A stretch of 64,000 nt of DNA from Dictyostelium discoideum (taxonomy: Eukaryota): NCBI GenBank assembly GCA_000004695.1, contig CM000155.2:384001-448000 (forward strand), written 5' to 3'. The notes under the pieces are model-generated. The model saw nothing but the letters and a program-made list of their open reading frames with translations. It had not been told where the DNA came from and made no database searches. Position numbers and translations under genes: made by a program. Positions 58,657 through 64,000 of this stretch are shown one piece after another (within the stretch, counting starts at the first letter, position 1; each line of letters opens with the position of its first letter).

Positions 58657-61600
58657 TTATTTTTTAGCAAAATCACCCAATGTAAAATTCTTTCTTTTAT
58701 TATTTCTTTTTGTGGCCAAATTATAGTTTTCAGTTTTTATAGACAAGAGATCTCTAATTGCATTTTGAGCCAATCTTATTTGTTGTGGTTTTCCATCGAT
58801 TAAAATATAAGGATTTTTAACATTTGTATCAATTTTAATACTACAACCACATAATTGAACATTTTTAACTATTTCTTCATTTACACTTCTCTGTTGTAAA
58901 AGTTTAATTTGATTTTTTTTAATTGGCATTATTTTTTTTGTAGTTTTTAAACAATTTGATAAGAACTCTTCAACGCTAACAAAAGTACTAAGAGAATGAA
59001 GAGCATGTCTAAATGATTCTTGATAAAATAATAAAGCAGTTTTATGTGATTCAGTTGAAGGATTGAGTATTTGATTTTCAATATCATTGGCATCTTTAGA
59101 AAACAATTTAATAATGAATGGTTCATTTCCATAGATTGAACGTCCAAAACTATCTGAATAGAATCTAAAAAATGATAAGATTGTATCACCTAAATTATTT
59201 GTATTATATTCATCCAAATTTTTGTTTTTGTTTCTTTTATGACCTTTATTGTTATTATTGTTATTATTATCCACTGAAAAGTATCTTGAAGCTATTTCTA
59301 TCAATTTCACCCAATTTCCAATTGTTAAATTGGATGTAGTATTTGTAAGTTCATTTGGATTACATTTATCTATATACTTGTTGATAATACAAAAATCAAT
59401 TAACAAAGAGAACAAATTTGATTTTGTAAGATTCTTTACACTATGTTTATTATTATTATTATTATTATTGTTATTGTTATGATTTTTATTATTGAATATA
59501 CTTGGTATCATTGAATTCTCAACTATAACTTTTTGAAGGTTTAAAGATGAATAAACCTTTGAATTATTTATAATTTCACCAGTTTCACTATCAACAAACA
59601 ATGAATTAATACTCCAATCAATGATTGAAAACAATATTGATAAAATTGAAGGATTTTTAGTAATGTATTGTTGTTGTACCAATGTTTCATGCCATTTACT
59701 AGTTTCAAGCCCAATTAAACATTGAATTTTATCTATTTTGAATTTAAATAATGGAATGTCACCTTGGATCTTGATAATTGAACAAGCTTCAGCTGATATA
59801 AAAGAGGATGTTTTAATTTCATCTTTTAATTGATTTAAAATTTCATTCTTTTCAGCTAAATTCATATGATCATTTTGACTCTCTAGTTTTAAGTATAAAT
59901 TTAAATTTGAATTTTCATCAAATAACATTGTAGCGGTTGAACCAATAATTTCCAATGTTGATTCTTTAAATACTGTATCATTTAACATATTTAAAAATAA
60001 TGTTAATTCTTTGACAATCATTAAACGACTTTCGTATAATGGGAATAAAGTATCTTTTTTTTTGTTCATATGATCCAAGATGCTATTAACCAAAATATTT
60101 TTTTTCTTTTGACTTTCTTGATCCAATGTCATCTGTTTGAACGAACGAGCAATCCAATAGAAACCTAATGCTCTATCATCTTTCAAATCACTATATGCAA
60201 CATGGTACCATGCTGATACCTTCTTTTCAATGTTTACTCTATGAATCAATAAACAATTCTCTTTATGTTGTTCACCAAATTCCTTTAAAAACTCGTTTTC
60301 AAAAGTTTGTTGAATTTTAATGTAATCATTTTTCATTTCACCTTTGATATCTTTTGAAACTTTGTCACTAATAAAACCTTGATCAAGAAAACCAATCATT
60401 ATAGATTCTTCAGACTCCGCTGAATAATGTCTTAACAATGAATGAACTTGAAGTTTATACTGACTATATAAGATTTTAGCACTATTTAAATAGATTTCAT
60501 AGTCATCAACCAAATTGCTTTTATCAAGACTAATATTTGGTAAGAAATCACCAATATAAACCAACTGATCAATTTGATCATACATTTTACCCATAATGGT
60601 TTTCGATTGATAATAAACTCTGGTTGAATTCTCTCTTTGCATATAATGTGGATAACCTTTAGTTTTTAACCAAACATTTGCTTCTTTTGGAATAGTGCCA
60701 TGAATACCAGTTTTTGGATAATCAATTTCTTTAAAACATTCTTTTGAGATTTGAATTGAAAATTCGTGATTTGCACCGAAAAGATCAGAGATTGCCAAAT
60801 GTGAATTATACATTTTACCAAGTTCTTGACGTTCAACATTTGTAGAGTACATTGAGGATAAAGCAAATGGATCATTGAAAACATTGGCCTTTTTATCATT
60901 GTTTGAAACGGTCTCGTCACCTAAATAGGCTGTCTCTGATTTTGAACGATTACCAATCAATGATTTATCGTAACAAAAGAAATAACGATCACCATCTAAA
61001 TCTGAACCTGAAATTTCTTTAAAGTTTGGTACGTCACCTTTTGTTGAGAAAACTAATACATTTCTTAAATGTCTTAATCTTAAATTATCAACAGCCTTTA
61101 AATATCTTACATCACCAGGATGAGTACAAGGATTTTTAATTACCATTACCAATCCTTCAATTACTTTTTCATATTTACGACCATCATCATCATCTTCATC
61201 TTCCTCTTCCAATTGAACAAATACAGTATTTGGTGGTAATGAATTTGTTGGATCACAAACACCCAACAACATTCTACTATCTTTAATCTCTATATGACAT
61301 TTTTGTTGAATTCTCTCCATTTTTAATTTATAAAGACTAATTAAAATTCTACGAATGTAAGGATCTTGATAAAGTTCACCCTCTGTAATATCTGGAAAGA
61401 ATTCAACGATTGCTTGTTTGGAAGCATTGGTATCATTTACGATTTGAGCCACTTGATTTAGATAATGATCTTGTAATGCAAAGAAAACATTATCTTGTGT
61501 ACCCAATGTTGAGAGTAAACTAATTACTTGTCTATTTAATTTACATCTTGAAGTTGTTGAAACACTGCAAATCTCTAATGTTCTATGTTCATCACCACAA

Positions 61601-63603
61601 ACGATTGGATTGAATTTCACCATACTTGGTCTAATATAAATACCAGATGGATCGGGTGCTTGATTGTTTACCACCAACATACCTTTATTTCCACCTATTC
61701 TAACTTGATATGCACATGTTGATGGTCTGAAATTATAATTTTCATTTAAATGTTTAGCAAGTTCTGGACCAATTTCACCACATCCCTCAGTGAATACATG
61801 GGTATTTCTGGTGATATCTTGGATTCTATAGATACGATTCTGTGGTAATGTAACCGTTGGAATCGTTGTTGAAAACATTAAACCAATACATCTGAAAAAC
61901 TTTCTAACATTATCAACATGCTCTATACCACTCCAAATTTTAACCGTATGTGTACCAATTTGATTAGAAACGAACCAAGATGAATATTCTCTTAACTGAC
62001 TATTACTATTACCAGCATACGAATAGATTTTACCACCAACCAATATACCACCCTCAAGTATTGGTTTAATTCTATTCTCATGAAGTGGATGTTTATTATT
62101 TACACCTTGAAGTGGTTCCAATGATTCATTTACAATTTTAACCATAATGAAATTGGATGAACCAAATTTACGAACAGCTCTACATGATCTTTGTAGTGTT
62201 GGTTGAATGAAAATAGTTCTACTTGGTGTTATAAAAACATCACGAATCATTGTAAATTCACCACTCTTTGTTGAGAGATCCTTTTTCTTTGCATAATAAG
62301 GATCGGGTAAAAAATTTTTCAAACAATCACCTATGAATTCTTTATAATTAATGAATTTAGTTCTCTTTGAAATCAATGATGTTATAATGAACTCTGCTTC
62401 CTCTTGTTTACCAAATGCCAATAGATTATTGATTTCAACTATAAAATCTTGATTTAAAACTCTACCATATGAACTTTGACTTTGTAAACATTGTAATAAA
62501 TAATGAATTTCCAAATTCCTTTTAATATATTGTAAATTTAAATCGATAATCATACAATTGTTATTTTTGTTAATACCACCTTGAATAAAACAATTTAACT
62601 CTAAAGATGATTCATACATTCTGAATCCATTGGCTATCAATGGTTTAATCACTTCTTTAATTTCGTTATCTATTGTTGATAATGTTAATCTATATACAAA
62701 TGCTTGACCAAAATCATCTTTCTTTGGTTTTGATTTATTCCAAAAAACTCTATGTGTTGTTTCTTTCTCTTCCTCGAAAATTAATGGTCTTTTTACAATC
62801 AATAGGATATGAACAATATTTTGATATTTATCATTTACAAGTAAAAATGTACTTTCAATATCGGTTAATTTTAAATTTAATCTGTATCTTTGAAATCTAG
62901 TTTTTTTTGTGAAAAACATTTCTCTATTGCCATAAAACAAATCGAATGAATCATCCAATTGACCAATACCATGATATTTTGTTGGACTTGACATATTACC
63001 ATATTCAAAACTTCCAATTGAATAATTTTTATTTTTAAATTGACTTAAATCATGAGTGTATTCATTTATAAAGTAATTAAAATTATCTTGTTCATTTTCT
63101 CTATCATATGAATTATTATTATCATTATCAATATTATCATCTTCAAAATGAAACGAAGATCTATCAATCATCCAATATTTAAGACCATTTATATTTAATA
63201 AAGATTTTAATCTATAAATTGATTGCTCTTTATCTATACATGTATTTAAAATAACGATTATAGAACTTGATAAATATTCATCATCACCTTCCATTCTAAT
63301 TGAAACTTGGTCAACTTGATTGACAATATCTGGAAGTTGGAATAATAAAAGCTCTCTAAAAGTTTCAATATCAATTTCAATATGATAAATTGATAAAATC
63401 ACACATTTTATATCTTTATCTAATGGACCACCATCTAGTTGATTATTTATAAAATATTCATTATTAATATTTAATTTCTTCCAATTTAAAAATTGATTTT
63501 TTGTAATAGCTTGTCTCTCTCTATTTGATAAAATTTGATTAATTGAATTATTTAATAAATTTTCACTACTCTAAAAATTATAATAAAGAGTTATTAATTA
63601 TAA

Positions 63604-63636
<33 letters not shown>

Positions 63637-64000
63637 ATATTATATAATATATTAATATATACATACTAATATATTTAATATTTTTAAATCTTTATCATCA
63701 TTATAAATTATAATGAATTTTGATTCATTTTTTGATCTAGCTCTACCTCTACGTTGAATTAATGATTTTAAACTTAATATACCATCATAACAAATTACTA
63801 TATTACAATCTTGAACATCAATACCCTCTTCCAATACATTTGTTGTAACTATTAACCTACATTTACCATCTCTAAATTTTCTAATTATACTTTGTTGTTT
63901 CTCTGAATCCATACCGTCGTCACCATTATGACCAACCAATCTCTTGGTGTGTAAATACTCTTGGAATGGTTCTTTCTTTAACATTGAAGTTAAATTTGAT
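58657..64000 (-). CDS. RNA-dependent RNA polymerase (cellular RDR / rrp family) with an N-terminal DEAD/DEAH-box helicase C-terminal domain. The 3' 1.64-k-codon exon is complete. The upstream exon continues beyond the window end, so the gene is partial.
   Basis: The terminal exon is 58657..63570 (acceptor TTTTTAG|AGTAGTGAAAAT). It is 56 aa longer at its 5' side than the 1581-aa ORF-track entry. The intron is 63571..63666 (GTATGT…AG). The upstream exon is 63667..>64000. Its translation …LVGHNGDDGMDSEKQQSIIRKFRDGKCRLIVTTNVLEEGIDVQDCNIVICYDGILSLKSLIQRRGRARS… gives helicase motifs V and VI (QRRGRAR). The polymerase core contains …ISGSDLDGDRYFF…, the DbDGD catalytic loop that chelates Mg2+ in RDR enzymes. 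Dictyostelium RrpA/B/C share this helicase–RdRP fusion, but I cannot tell which paralog this is. Confidence 0.8.

Overview
This window is eukaryotic nuclear DNA of social-amoeba (Dictyostelium discoideum) type, not prokaryotic. Intergenic DNA and introns are about 80-90% A+T with long poly(A)/poly(T) runs. Coding regions are richer in G+C and contain poly-Asn/Gln/Ser tracts. Introns are short (80-250 bp) with GTAAGT/GTATGT...AG boundaries, and trinucleotide microsatellites are abundant. I see no operons, CRISPR arrays, tRNA or rRNA genes, or bacterial defence islands. The 'system' prompted for does not appear to be present. The window is gene-dense, with about 30 protein-coding genes on both strands. 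I rebuilt the multi-exon models by hand from the ORF track, checking splice phase wherever I could.

Genes, in order along the window:
- The 5' end of a peroxisomal MFE-2-type short-chain dehydrogenase/reductase (SDR) gene.
- A six-exon LRR plus EGF-like transmembrane glycoprotein.
- A two-exon ABCC/MRP ABC transporter.
- An intronless bacterial-type alpha/beta hydrolase.
- A roughly 1750-aa Vps8-like WD40 plus RING-H2 protein.
- An APC-family cationic amino-acid transporter.
- A secreted nucleoside hydrolase-like protein.
- A glyoxalase II/ETHE1-type metallo-beta-lactamase (MBL) fold hydrolase.
- A METTL21-family lysine methyltransferase.
- A three-RRM CELF/Bruno-like RNA-binding protein with a perfect 30-bp coding minisatellite.
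- A coiled-coil protein.
- A type II membrane protein with a coiled-coil stalk.
- The PIG-T/Gpi16 subunit of GPI transamidase.
- A divergently arranged pair of paralogous Cys-rich secreted protein genes.
- An Aa_trans-family transporter.
- A poly-Q protein.
- Two tandem SDR paralogs.
- A small secreted protein.
- An RNase III-domain protein.
- A copine.
- A frameshifted IPT/TIG (tgr-like) pseudogene locus with MITE-like inverted repeats.
- The 3' 5 kb of an RdRP gene with an N-terminal helicase domain, which runs off the window.

The most notable observations are:
- Two sharply G+C-rich, atypical-codon patches inside otherwise AT-rich genes.
- Candidate horizontally acquired hydrolases.
- A 1-bp frameshift in one SDR paralog.
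- A 5'-disrupted Cys-rich paralog.
- The decayed tgr-like locus with 21-bp perfect terminal inverted repeats.
- An RNase III gene and an RdRP gene lying within about 6 kb of each other.
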